A stretch of DNA of 39,466 bases, taken from the IMG/VR virus record IMGVR_UViG_2531839252_000006; one strand, written 5' to 3'. The position numbers and the translations under genes were made by a program. Shown piece by piece: positions 22,376 to 30,809 of the stretch; positions within the stretch are counted from its first letter, which is position 1, and each line of letters opens with the position of its first letter. The stretch comes from a virus (lineage: Duplodnaviria > Heunggongvirae > Uroviricota > Caudoviricetes). Below the pieces are notes generated by a model, which was given only the letters and a program-made list of their open reading frames with translations, did not search any database and had not been told where the DNA came from.

Positions 22376-22873
22376 TCATTGCTGCCCCCACAAACAGACT
22401 TCACGCTCAATCTCACGACGAGTCATCAGCCCTTTCCATTGCTTACCGCCAGCGTATGTCCAGCGACGTAGCTGGTCACATGCGCCTTTGATATCGCCCT
22501 GGTTTATTTTGCGAAGAAGCGTCGATGTTCTGAAATTGCCTGCGCCCACGTTGTAGACGAACGAGTAAAGAGCGCCGCGCGTTGTTTCCGGTATATCGAC
22601 TTTGATGTACGGGTTAATTTGTCTGGCGACCGTGGCAAGGTCTTTATTCAGGAGGGCTTTGCATTCTGCTTCGGTATACGTTTTACCGGGAATGATGTCT
22701 TTTCCGGTGTGTCCGTGACATACAGTCCATACACCAACGATATCTTTATATGGTATGTAGCTGACGCCTTCCAGACCATCGTTACCACTTGGGCCAGTGA
22801 TTAACACAGATGCTATAGCAATAGCCCCGCCACCAATAGCCGCAGCAACGGCTTTTCGTAATGATGGAGGCAT
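22376..22873 (-). CDS. R: SAR (signal-arrest-release) endolysin, phage 21 R-like lysozyme, 165 aa.
   Basis: Weakly hydrophobic Gly/Ala-rich N-terminal SAR segment ([20 protein letters not shown]) followed by a lysozyme domain; start overlaps the holin stop (TAATG). Confidence 0.85.
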   Translation of the reverse strand: MPPSLRKAVAAAIGGGAIAIASVLITGPSGNDGLEGVSYIPYKDIVGVWTVCHGHTGKDIIPGKTYTEAECKALLNKDLATVARQINPYIKVDIPETTRGALYSFVYNVGAGNFRTSTLLRKINQGDIKGACDQLRRWTYAGGKQWKGLMTRREIEREVCLWGQQ

Positions 22874-23088
22874 TATTCACCTCTCGCAGCCTTTCTTCTG
22901 TCTTCTCTGATTTTGAAGTACAGATTTGTCAGATAGGTGAGAAAGCCCAACACAAGGCTTCCAAGCACTCCAATCGCAGCCCACTGTGATGGACTGACCT
23001 GATCCAACCACTGCAAAAACCAGTATCCCGCACTACCAGCGGATGTTCCGTAAGCAATGCCAGTTGAGATTTTGTCCATTGATTTCAT
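22873..23088 (-). CDS. S: Pinholin, phage 21 S21-like, 71 aa with dual start.
   Basis: [30 protein letters not shown] ... matches remembered S21; the MKSM dual-start motif gives antiholin and holin forms. Confidence 0.85.
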   Translation of the reverse strand: MKSMDKISTGIAYGTSAGSAGYWFLQWLDQVSPSQWAAIGVLGSLVLGFLTYLTNLYFKIREDRRKAARGE

Positions 23089-23377
23089 AGCAACGCCTCC
23101 GCCAGTAACGGATTGCGTAGTTCTTATATTGGGAAGGGGAAAAGAAGGCCGCAGCGTAACTATCGCTGATGAGTTCAGGATAGTCAGTGGCTACGGCTCA
23201 GTTTGGGTTGTGCTGTTGCTGGGCGGCGATGACGCCTGTACGCATTTGTTGATCCGGTTCTGCTTCCGGTATTCGCTTAATTCAGCACAACGGAAAGAGC
23301 ATTTATGGCTCGCATCGCGGGAAAAAGCCCACGGTAGAGAGTCGAACTCTACAAATGCTCTTACCTGTTGCACAGAT

Positions 23378-23440
23378 ATAAAAAATCCCGAAACCGTTAT
23401 GCAGGCTCTAACTATTACCTGCGAACTGTTTCGGGATTGC
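23378..23440 (-). terminator. tR' terminator (end of the 6S late leader).
   Basis: Minus-strand aatcccgaaac ... gtttcgggatttttttat matches the remembered lambda tR'. Confidence 0.7.
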
Positions 23441-23572
23441 ATTTTGCAGACCTCTCAGCCTGCGATGGTTGGAGTTCCAGACGATACGTCGAAGTGACCA
23501 ACTAGGCGGAATCGGTAGTAAGCGCCGCCTCTTTTCATCTCACTACCACAACGAGCGAATTAACCCATCGTT
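23380..23572 (-). ncRNA. Lambda-type 6S late leader transcript (PR' to tR'), including the qut site.
   Basis: The minus-strand sequence from the promoter to the terminator reads like the remembered lambda PR'-qut-tR' segment; predicted length about 190 nt. Confidence 0.5.
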
Positions 23573-23574
23573 GG

Positions 23575-23610
23575 GTCAAATTTACCCAACTTTATTCAAA
23601 TAGTCAATAT
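23575..23610 (-). promoter_or_regulatory. Late promoter PR' (-35 TTGACT at 23602-23607, -10 TAAATT at 23579-23584) with the overlapping Q-utilisation site.
   Basis: Hexamers seen on the minus strand with 17-bp spacing, immediately downstream of Q; same as remembered lambda PR'. Confidence 0.7.
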
Positions 23611-23649
23611 TATGCCGTTAATATGTTGCCATCCGTGGCAATCATGCTG

Positions 23650-24273
23650 TTAACGTGTGACCGCATTCAAAATGTTGTCTGCGATTGACTCTTCCTTGTG
23701 GCATTGCACGACCAGAGCGTCATACAGCGGCTTAACAGTGCGTGACCAGGTGGGTTGAGTAAGGTTTGGGATTAGCATCGTTACAGCGCGATATGCGGCG
23801 CTTGCTGGCATCCTGGAATAGCCGACTCCTTTGCATCTTCCGCACTCTTTCTCAACAACTCTCCCCCATTGCTCTGTTTTGGCTATATCAACCGCACGGC
23901 CTGTACCGTGGCAATCTCTGCATCTTGCGCCCGGCGTCGCGGCACTACGGCAATAATCCGCATAAGCGAATGTTGCGAGCACTTGCAGTACCTTTGCCTT
24001 AGTATTTCCTTCAAGCTTTGCAACGCCACGGTATTTCCCCGATACCTTGTGTGCAAATTGCATCAGATAGTTGATAGCCTTTTGTTTGTCGCTCTGGCTG
24101 AGTTCGTGCTTACCACAGAATGCAGCCATTCCGAATCCGGCTTGTGATTGCGCCATCCCCATAGCAGCCATCACATCAGTACCGGAAAGAGAGTCAGAAG
24201 CCGTAGCCCGTGGTGAGTCGCTCATCATCGGGCTTTTTGGCGAATGAAATTTAGCTACACTTTCGAGTCTCAT
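23650..24273 (-). CDS. Q: Late-gene antiterminator Q (lambda type), 207 aa.
   Basis: Translation MRLESVAKFHSPKSPMMSDSPRATASDS ... with zinc-binding cysteines (CRDCHGTG ... CGRCKG) matches remembered lambda Q, same length. Confidence 0.9.
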   Translation of the reverse strand: MRLESVAKFHSPKSPMMSDSPRATASDSLSGTDVMAAMGMAQSQAGFGMAAFCGKHELSQSDKQKAINYLMQFAHKVSGKYRGVAKLEGNTKAKVLQVLATFAYADYCRSAATPGARCRDCHGTGRAVDIAKTEQWGRVVEKECGRCKGVGYSRMPASAAYRAVTMLIPNLTQPTWSRTVKPLYDALVVQCHKEESIADNILNAVTR

Positions 24274-24458
24274 CGTCTTCCCTTTTTGCCTGGCGTGACC
24301 ATCAGGACGCCGTTAACTATTACGTGACGCTCGCCTTTGCTGTCTCGGTTGTACTTGAGCACTGTTCCTCTTGCGCAGGAAAGCATCCTTGCCACTTCGG
24401 TCTGATTGCCTCGTGTCTGGATAAGAAGCTCTGGTATCGTTTGAATTGTGGCGTTCAT
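24270..24458 (-). CDS. ninH: NinH-like protein.
   Basis: Motif GNQTEVARMLSCARGTVLKY resembles lambda NinH; overlaps neighbouring genes by 4 nt. Confidence 0.65.
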   Translation of the reverse strand: MNATIQTIPELLIQTRGNQTEVARMLSCARGTVLKYNRDSKGERHVIVNGVLMVTPGKKGRR

Positions 24459-24817
24459 ACGTTCTCCAGTTCGGTGATTTTTATTCCAAGCCTTCCGCCT
24501 GGTACTTTCACGCCACGAATTACGCGAATGTCATCGAATTGCTCGTCGTCTTCTGCAAATCCGGCGTGGATAAGGGAGTCGAGTAAACCTTTCAGGATGT
24601 TATCGAGGTCGCGGCGGCGGGAGTCTGGAACGTCTGCGATGACTTTGATGCGGAGTCGTGATTTGGTGAAAATATCTAACTTGAGTTGGCGGATTATTTG
24701 CTGTACATCTTTTCGGTATTTCTGGCCTTTATCGCTGATGTAGTATTGGCTTCCCCGTCTTCGCCAGTAGGTGTTCAGCGACGGCGGATATGGAAGCACA
24801 AACTGATATTCGTTCAT
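24455..24817 (-). CDS. rusA: RusA Holliday-junction resolvase, 120 aa.
   Basis: LPYPPSLNTYW and DLDNILKGLLD motifs are typical of RusA. Confidence 0.85.
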   Translation of the reverse strand: MNEYQFVLPYPPSLNTYWRRRGSQYYISDKGQKYRKDVQQIIRQLKLDIFTKSRLRIKVIADVPDSRRRDLDNILKGLLDSLIHAGFAEDDEQFDDIRVIRGVKVPGGRLGIKITELENV

Positions 24818-25104
24818 GACTTAATCTTCCCCTCCTTCAGCAGTATCACCTGCGTCCTGATCACGCCTTCGAGGTGGTAAAGTCTGGCGTCTTTGTTGTC
24901 GAGATTATGGGTGCGTCGGTCGATTTCATCGTGACACGCGCTACAAGCCCATGCACCGATCAGGTCGTCAGGCTTCATTCCAGTTCCGCAAATTCCAGCC
25001 ATCCGGTAATGTGCCAGAACTGTAGTTTCAGGATTGCCATTGCATATGCCGTAAATACGTACCTGGCATTCTCTGCCGCGCGCTTCTTTGCGTAGGTTAG
25101 CCAT
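24814..25104 (-). CDS. DUF1364-family (YbcO-like) nin-region protein, 96 aa.
   Basis: Cys/His-rich small protein; start chosen at the ATG at 25104 (AAGGAAA 7 nt upstream) rather than the GTG at 25125. Confidence 0.55.
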   Translation of the reverse strand: MANLRKEARGRECQVRIYGICNGNPETTVLAHYRMAGICGTGMKPDDLIGAWACSACHDEIDRRTHNLDNKDARLYHLEGVIRTQVILLKEGKIKS

Positions 25105-25444
25105 TGTGATTTTCCTTTTCGTCACATTTGCATTTGCAACATTCCATATGGTATGGGAATGAGCTATCCAGTTCGGTAAACCATTCCCTGCATTCAGGGC
25201 AATACAAAACCTCCCATGGAACTCCGTATTCCGTTATCCATTCGAGGACCTGCTTTGTCATTGGAATTGGCGGTATTGCTGAAACATCGTAATTTTTTAT
25301 GGATAATTCTTTCAAAGCCATGTCGTAACGATGCTGAACTGTCGAAAGGTGTCGATTTGTTATGACTAGCTGGCGTCTTAACTGGTAATTGGCTTCGATT
25401 AAATCGTTAATCCTTTTTCCTGGATGGGAAAGTGTTTTCATCAT
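25097..25444 (-). CDS. Hypothetical nin-region protein, 115 aa, Cys-rich C-terminus.
   Basis: Intact ORF with GAGG upstream; CPECREW ... CCKCKC motifs suggest metal binding. Confidence 0.5.
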   Translation of the reverse strand: MMKTLSHPGKRINDLIEANYQLRRQLVITNRHLSTVQHRYDMALKELSIKNYDVSAIPPIPMTKQVLEWITEYGVPWEVLYCPECREWFTELDSSFPYHMECCKCKCDEKENHNG

Positions 25445-25610
25445 CTTCTTCCTCGTACATTGAGCTATTCGGATCGCTCATCAGTTCTGCGCAGCAATCG
25501 GAGCACACGTGAACTTCCAGCACATGCAGCTTCTGACCGCAGTTAGCGCACGTTAAAGCCCGCTCGACGCTTTCTTTCTGGTATTGAAGAGATTGGGATG
25601 GACTAAGCAT
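25407..25610 (-). CDS. ninF: NinF-like protein.
   Basis: [36 protein letters not shown] matches remembered lambda NinF. Confidence 0.7.
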   Translation of the reverse strand: MLSPSQSLQYQKESVERALTCANCGQKLHVLEVHVCSDCCAELMSDPNSSMYEEEDDENTFPSRKKD

Positions 25611-26010
25611 GGCTTTCACCATTAAAAAGTCGCTTGTAAGCATCAATGTCTCGTTTTGCTTCACCAAGCTTTCGTCTTAATTCCATGTTTTCTGATTCAA
25701 GCTTTTCCATGTCTTGCTGGTATCGATCGCGGTGTTCTTTCCATGCTTTTCGATACGCCTTCATGTATGTCGTATTGGCCTTTCTCTTTGCCTGACGAAC
25801 TGCGTGGTGGTTTTTCACAAACCAGTCAGGGTCGTTAAATGCTGCTCTGGCGCATGTATACCAATAATTTGTTGCCTCCCTGTTTAGCCAATAAATACTG
25901 ATAAATGGCAACTGGATAGACACCATTTTTCGTTGAGACTCTTTCTCGCCAAACATGTGCCCTTTTTTGATGCTAAGGCCAAATCCAGGTTGAATTAAAA
26001 GCATTGTCAT
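25603..26010 (-). CDS. Hypothetical nin-region protein, 135 aa.
   Basis: ATG overlaps the ninE stop (ATGA); the start of the longer ORF track entry (26046) would overlap ninE. Confidence 0.5.
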   Translation of the reverse strand: MTMLLIQPGFGLSIKKGHMFGEKESQRKMVSIQLPFISIYWLNREATNYWYTCARAAFNDPDWFVKNHHAVRQAKRKANTTYMKAYRKAWKEHRDRYQQDMEKLESENMELRRKLGEAKRDIDAYKRLFNGESHA

Positions 26011-26183
26011 TTCCTCGCACGATGTCTTAGCCACCGGATATCCCACAGGTGAGCCGTGTAATTGAAGGTTTTTACGTCAGATTCTTTTGGGATTGGCTTG
26101 CGTTTATTTCTGGAGCGTTTCGTTGGAAGGTATTTGCAGTTTTCGCAGATTATGTCGGTGATACTTCGTCGCTGTCGCCTCAT
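26007..26183 (-). CDS. ninE: NinE-like protein, 58 aa; not in the ORF track.
   Basis: Hand translation [58 protein letters not shown]; its ATG overlaps the ninB stop (ATGA). Confidence 0.65.
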   Translation of the reverse strand: MRRQRRSITDIICENCKYLPTKRSRNKRKPIPKESDVKTFNYTAHLWDIRWLRHRARK

Positions 26184-26590
26184 TCATACCTCCTGTCGGT
26201 AAATCTGACACCCTGACCAATAGCCCAGGCTGTTGTGTACTCGATCAGACTTGCCATACGCTTCACGCTCATCTGTGCGCTACTCTCCCGAATGTTGACG
26301 AATTCGCCTTCAAGGCCGGGCAAAACATCAGCTTCCTGTTTTGTTGCCACTGCATGACCGCTGATCAACAAAACCTTCCATTGTTCTGGTTTTAACCATT
26401 TATCGCACCATTGAACCTGACGAGCGATATCCGCCAGCATCGCGTGAAATTTTGCGTTCTGGTCAAGATTTCGCTTGTAGTCAGTAATGCGGATGGTGAC
26501 TGGCTTGTCTTTATCGAGAGGAGTTGAGAGGATGGCATTTATTGCGGCTTGCTGTTGTTGCTTACTTCGGAGGAAGATTGTTTGCTTCAT
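26180..26590 (-). CDS. ninB: NinB (Orf-family recombination mediator), 136 aa.
   Basis: Size and position at the start of the nin region; similarity to lambda NinB from memory. Confidence 0.75.
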   Translation of the reverse strand: MKQTIFLRSKQQQQAAINAILSTPLDKDKPVTIRITDYKRNLDQNAKFHAMLADIARQVQWCDKWLKPEQWKVLLISGHAVATKQEADVLPGLEGEFVNIRESSAQMSVKRMASLIEYTTAWAIGQGVRFTDRRYE

Positions 26591-26592
26591 CG

Positions 26593-26907
26593 TTACTCCT
26601 TCACTTTGACTCCGGCAGCGCGGATGTTTTCCTCATAAGCATCCATTGCATCACCGAAGCCATTGGAATAATCAACAGTAAACCCTTTGGCTAATGCTTC
26701 TCTGCTGTCGATAAACTTTGGCGCGGTTATTTCAATAGCTGCTCGCGATGCCTGCCATAAAGCCCACCACTCATTTAAGGAGTGACGAATATCCATGCTT
26801 GAAAATGCGAAGTACCTATCACCATTTCTTGCCTCGGTTATCATCTCGAATGGTAATCTCAATTTTTTGGCAACGTATTCCTCAAACTTCTTTCTTGATT
26901 CGTCCAT
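26593..26907 (-). CDS. Hypothetical protein, 104 aa.
   Basis: Intact ORF in the early-right operon between helicase and ninB. Confidence 0.5.
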   Translation of the reverse strand: MDESRKKFEEYVAKKLRLPFEMITEARNGDRYFAFSSMDIRHSLNEWWALWQASRAAIEITAPKFIDSREALAKGFTVDYSNGFGDAMDAYEENIRAAGVKVKE

Positions 26908-26918
26908 ATCAATCCCCG

Positions 26919-27119
26919 TTATGACAGGTTAATTTTCACCCAACCCTTCCCACGCACATTTGCAACAAGCCCTTTCTTTCTCAGGTATTGCATACGGCGA
27001 TCGATGGTTTCGATATACATTCCATTGCTCCGCCATTTAAGCCAGATATCAAAAACAGGTGTTGGTCTTTCACTCAGCATTGAAAGAATGTTTTGATCTA
27101 ATTTTTCGTACTTGCTCAC
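26919..27119 (-). CDS. Hypothetical small protein, 66 aa (possibly a winged-helix DNA binder).
   Basis: Intact ORF; basic C-terminus. Confidence 0.45.
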   Translation of the reverse strand: MSKYEKLDQNILSMLSERPTPVFDIWLKWRSNGMYIETIDRRMQYLRKKGLVANVRGKGWVKINLS

Positions 27120-27442
27120 AAATACCCTCTCTCACTTAATCGCGCCCACGCTTCGTTAAACTCTTCTCGGGTTGCGCCGGATTTTCTTTCTTCAAACATC
27201 ACGCATTCGCTGATGTCTCCCCATGACTTTGGTCGCTTTTCAGCGAACAGATCATCCCATTCGAATACCCAGCGGCCTGATTTTCGGTAGTGGTAAATGG
27301 TCAGCCATGTTGTGCTGTTCGCTGGATACCCATAGAGAACTTCGACTTTTTGATCACGGTCTTTATGCTTTTTCAGAAGGATAAAGCCAGCAACCAGCGA
27401 AGCTCCGGCAAGAATGATGATTGGAATTTGCCAGTCAGCCAC
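27116..27442 (-). CDS. Hypothetical membrane protein, 108 aa (GTG start, N-terminal transmembrane helix).
   Basis: N-terminus IPIIILAGASLVAGFILL is hydrophobic; overlaps neighbouring genes by 4-8 nt. Confidence 0.5.
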   Translation of the reverse strand: MADWQIPIIILAGASLVAGFILLKKHKDRDQKVEVLYGYPANSTTWLTIYHYRKSGRWVFEWDDLFAEKRPKSWGDISECVMFEERKSGATREEFNEAWARLSERGYL

Positions 27443-27518
27443 ACTTCCCTCTCCCCCAAATAAAAAGGCCTGCGATTACCAGCAGACCTGTTATTAGCTC
27501 AGTGATGTAGATGGTCAT
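27435..27518 (-). CDS. Possible 27-aa hydrophobic peptide ([27 protein letters not shown]), coupled to flanking genes.
   Basis: Its ATG overlaps the upstream stop (ATGA) and its stop overlaps the downstream GTG start; a single transmembrane-like segment. Confidence 0.25.
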   Translation of the reverse strand: MTIYITELITGLLVIAGLFIWGRGKCG

Positions 27519-27784
27519 TGCTTCATCTCCCTTTCCATTTCATCAATGTCAACGTCATCAGGAAGATGGGAGCAATACGCCGCTATACCATGATGATTTA
27601 TCTCATACCCTTTGAACGTTACCATCTGATGCGTAATCTCAACTTCGTTCAGGAATCCGTCATCGCATAACTGCCTGGCTATTTTCGATTTGGTCTGGAT
27701 TATTGGTAGTGCCTGTTCTTTCAAAGCGCATGATATTTGTGCATCCCATGCCTTTTCGAGAATGGCTAATTGTTTTTTATTCAT
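27515..27784 (-). CDS. Hypothetical protein, 89 aa.
   Basis: Intact ORF immediately downstream of the helicase gene. Confidence 0.5.
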   Translation of the reverse strand: MNKKQLAILEKAWDAQISCALKEQALPIIQTKSKIARQLCDDGFLNEVEITHQMVTFKGYEINHHGIAAYCSHLPDDVDIDEMEREMKQ

Positions 27785-29156
27785 ACGTCAGCCCCTTGTG
27801 CATATCGTCTGCCACGCGCAGCAGGTGCATTTGATGCTGTGCAAATCTGTCTGGCTTCATCCTGGTCACATGCAACAAAGTGTCCGTTGCAGAACCGCTG
27901 GTAAACCGTACCAAGCGAGCCAAAACGGTTTTTCGTCACAATGATTTCAGCAAAGGGCGCGGCGCTACTGTTCTCGTCATATACCGCTTCCCGATAGAGC
28001 ATGATGATTGAGTCTGCGTCCTGCTCAATGCTTCCTGAATCACGCAAATCTGCGTTTGTCGGGCGTTTGTTTGGTCGCTTCTCAACATCGCGTGAAAGCT
28101 GGCTTAGGGAGATAACAGGCGTTTTCAGGTCTTTCGCCATCGCCTTCAGGCTTCCGGAGATGTGAGCAATTGCAAGGTCGTTGCGGTCTGCTTTCGGCTT
28201 CTCAATCAGGCCAAGATAATCCGCCATGATGAGTGACAGGTTTGGATTTTCCTGTTTGTGCCGTTCTGCGATTGAGCGAATTTCTTCGACCGATAACCGC
28301 GAGGCATCGACTACCCATACATCCAAATCTGCAAGCTGACTCATGCCGTTAGCAACACGCGCCCAGCCTTCGTCATCCATCGATGCAGGATTTCGCAGCA
28401 CGCTAACCACATCCTCCCGGCGTTGGCAATACTTCGCTCTGCAATCTGCAATGCGCTCATTTCCATTGAGAAAATCAATACTCCGCGCCGGACGTCAGAA
28501 CCAGGAATAACACGACTTGCAACGCCTTCGGCAATCTTCAGCGCCAGTTCGGTTTTCCCCATACCAGGACGAGCGGCGATAATCACCAGGTCTTCTGCGT
28601 TCATCCCTCCGGTGATTGCGTCAAGTTCTTCGATTCCGGTCTTCAGGGTATCTGACTCTTCTCCGTTCCTCAGACGCCTGTCAAGCGTGTCAGTGTAGTC
28701 AGTGATGATTTCCCCTAACCGTACAGGTTTAACCTCGTCACGGGGCTTTCTGATAGCTGAAAGACGCTTTACAAGTTCATCCATCGCCTGACTCGATGCG
28801 TCGATGGTTCCGCTCTGAATTGGTTCACGCATTTCATCCATGATTTCCAGCACCAGACGGCGGTGATAGTTATCCGCGACCATTCCAGCATATCCCTTCA
28901 GGTTTGCGGCACTCGGGCAGTTTTTGCTGGTCATCAGGATTGACGTGAAATGCTCCTCTCCGCACTCCTCGGCAACCATCAGCGCATCGATTAGGTTTCT
29001 GTTTCTCGCCTGCTTGCGGATAACCTCGAAGGCTTTCCTGTAGAGCGGAATTGAAAACGCTTCCGGCTCCAGCGTTGCCAGAACGTCGCTGGCGGTTGGA
29101 GTTAATCCACCAATCAGCAGGCCACCGATAACGCTCGCTTCGATATCCTGTCTCAT
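27781..29156 (-). pseudogene. DnaB-family replicative helicase (P22 gene 12 equivalent), split into two ORFs by a frameshift near 28400-28420.
   Basis: ORF 28341-29156 carries Walker A ([12 protein letters not shown]) and [21 protein letters not shown]; ORF 27781-28410 in another frame carries the downstream helicase motifs ([42 protein letters not shown]). Combined length about 458 codons. Confidence 0.8.
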
Positions 29157-29974
29157 GCAATTCCCCTGTCTGCAAACTTCCCTTCACGAACTCCCGTTAA
29201 CGAATCTTCTCTCAGCAGGTAATCAAAATCAGCCGTCCAGCCCGTGTCGTTGTCTCCGAAGTAAAACGGCTTGGCCTGATGCACAAACGCCCTGACATAC
29301 GCCCTGAAACCGTCCACGTTTGGCGTTTTCAGTTGCGGGATGATTTTTTTCAGGCGGCGTTTGCGTTTCTCGTTGACCGCAACAGCGTGTGGAAGTCTGT
29401 CACCGACTTCGGTGTTGTAGGCGTTCAGGAAGGATTCGTAGTCGATTCGTTCTGCCTTGCGACGTTCAGGTTTAACCTGCCCATCGCCGCCCCCGTTAGG
29501 GGGTAAGGGGGTATTTGTATTTATTGTCTTTTGTATATTGTCTTTTGTGTTTAGCTGACTTGGCTTATACCCATTAGCTGACTTGGCTAATGTTTTATTA
29601 GCTGTTTTAGCTAATGTTAAGCTGTCCTGGCTAATCCACTGCGAAACCACCTTGTTCACTCCGATTTTCACGCCATCAGCAATGAGGAATTTACGCTCAA
29701 TAAGCTGGCGCTTGGCAGCGCAAACATGAGTGTGATGAATACCTGTCATGGCTGCTATCTGCGTGTTTGTGAGTCGATCCATCGGCTTATTGAATCCGTA
29801 TGTCTTGCGCATGATAGCGAGCATCACCTTCAACTGCCGGACGGTTAAATCAGCCATCAGCAGACTGTCGGTAATCTCGTTAGCAACGCGCATGAAACCA
29901 TCTTCGGTATCTGCCACGCGATGCTCCACGACCTCAAGTTGAGGCCTGTAATCAGCTAACTTAACGACGCCCAT
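29153..29974 (-). CDS. Replication initiator, lambda O / P22 gene 18 family, 273 aa, containing the origin.
   Basis: Size and position upstream of the helicase; iterons and an AT-rich tract lie inside the coding sequence. Confidence 0.8.
   Translation of the reverse strand: MGVVKLADYRPQLEVVEHRVADTEDGFMRVANEITDSLLMADLTVRQLKVMLAIMRKTYGFNKPMDRLTNTQIAAMTGIHHTHVCAAKRQLIERKFLIADGVKIGVNKVVSQWISQDSLTLAKTANKTLAKSANGYKPSQLNTKDNIQKTINTNTPLPPNGGGDGQVKPERRKAERIDYESFLNAYNTEVGDRLPHAVAVNEKRKRRLKKIIPQLKTPNVDGFRAYVRAFVHQAKPFYFGDNDTGWTADFDYLLREDSLTGVREGKFADRGIA
29511..29640. repeat. Origin of replication: iterons (tagctgacttggct x2 plus degenerate copies) next to an AT-rich tract with attgtcttttgt x2, embedded in the O-like gene.
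   Basis: Direct repeats seen at 29551-29636 and the AT-rich repeat at 29511-29550; same arrangement as lambda ori within O. Confidence 0.65.
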
Positions 29975-30122
29975 GTTTCACTCCTGCTTTGGCTAGTCTG
30001 TAAACACCAACAAGGCGCTCTGCGAACGCCCTGTTATTTGCTGCGGCTACCACTAATCCCTCAGGTGAATCAGGGTGTCGAATCTCTTCTTTTTCCTGGT
30101 ATTTCTTACGACGTTTTGTCAT
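29961..30122 (-). CDS. Small basic hypothetical protein, 53 aa, between cII and O.
   Basis: AGGAG 6 nt upstream of the ATG at 30122. Confidence 0.4.
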   Translation of the reverse strand: MTKRRKKYQEKEEIRHPDSPEGLVVAAANNRAFAERLVGVYRLAKAGVKHGRR

Positions 30123-30156
30123 AATTACTCCTGTGGATTGATCCAGTCTTTCTACA

Positions 30157-30435
30157 TCAGGCCTCAAAACTGTTGCAGCAGTCTTGAGGCTTTTCTTTTG
30201 TCAGCACCTTGGCTACTTTCTTTGCCAGTTCCGCCAATTCCTCGTCTTCAACACCCCACTCCAGCACAGCCAGAAGCATGGCCATCTTTGGGATAAAGCT
30301 GTCTTTCCATCGCGAAATTTGCGATTCATTAATCCCTAACGCGTCGGCAACCTTTCGCTGACCACGTACAGCAATTCGATTTAGGATGTTGCTTGTAATT
30401 GCATTCGCTTTCTTGCGAGTACTTGTAAGTTGCAT
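30157..30435 (-). CDS. cII: CII-type transcriptional activator (P22 c1 equivalent), 92 aa.
   Basis: GINESQISRWK and MLLAVLEWGV motifs match the lambda CII / P22 C1 helix-turn-helix region. Confidence 0.8.
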   Translation of the reverse strand: MQLTSTRKKANAITSNILNRIAVRGQRKVADALGINESQISRWKDSFIPKMAMLLAVLEWGVEDEELAELAKKVAKVLTKEKPQDCCNSFEA

Positions 30436-30493
30436 ATGTAAGTATTTCCTTAACAAATAAGAAGTTATACGCACCAACTGATGCGCGTTGTAT

Positions 30494-30537
30494 TCCCGCA
30501 TTTCGGCGGGAATGAGGACCATGACTGTTAAAGAGCA
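30494..30537 (-). promoter_or_regulatory. nutR: boxA (TGCTCTTTAACAG) followed by the boxB hairpin (tcccgc-cgaaat-gcggga) on the minus strand.
   Basis: Seen directly; the boxA matches the rrn/lambda boxA consensus and the same boxB sequence recurs at nutL. Confidence 0.55.
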
Positions 30538-30543
30538 ATTTGC

Positions 30544-30729
30544 TTATGCCGCTTTGCGATAAGCACTTTCTTGATACTTCAGGGCGCCAGCTGTAACGAC
30601 TTCCAGTCGATAGGCGTCTTTCTCTGGGATGACTTCCTTCCACTGAGAGACTGCTGCATCGCTAATGCCTAACGCTTTAGCTACCGCACGCTGGGTTCCG
30701 AAGTGGTCGATAACATCTTTCTTGTACAT
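30544..30729 (-). CDS. cro: Cro repressor, 61 aa.
   Basis: MYKKDVIDHFGTQRAVAKALGISDAAVSQWKEVIPEKDAYRLEVVTAGALKYQESAYRKAA matches remembered P22 Cro. Confidence 0.9.
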   Translation of the reverse strand: MYKKDVIDHFGTQRAVAKALGISDAAVSQWKEVIPEKDAYRLEVVTAGALKYQESAYRKAA

Positions 30730-30743
30730 AGACTCGCTCCGAA

Positions 30744-30808
30744 ATTAAAGAACACTTAAATTATCTATCAAAGGAATCTTAAGTCAAGTTTATTTAAGAT
30801 GTCTTAAC
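30744..30808. promoter_or_regulatory. OR operator region with PR/PRM: 18-bp operator attaaagaacacttaaat (30744-30761) plus two more ATTTAAG/CTTAA-type half-site pairs.
   Basis: Palindromic operators of the P22 type seen between divergent cro and c2. Confidence 0.7.
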
Positions 30809-30809
30809 T

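Noticed and set aside
23057-23497. 146-aa plus-strand ORF in the Q-holin intergenic region
   Set aside because: The region reads as the lambda-type PR'-qut-tR' leader on the minus strand; the plus-strand frame is most likely fortuitous.
30329-30643. 104-aa minus-strand ORF spanning the cro-cII intergenic region
   Set aside because: It crosses nutR and overlaps the cII start in a different frame; no Shine-Dalgarno sequence or homology.
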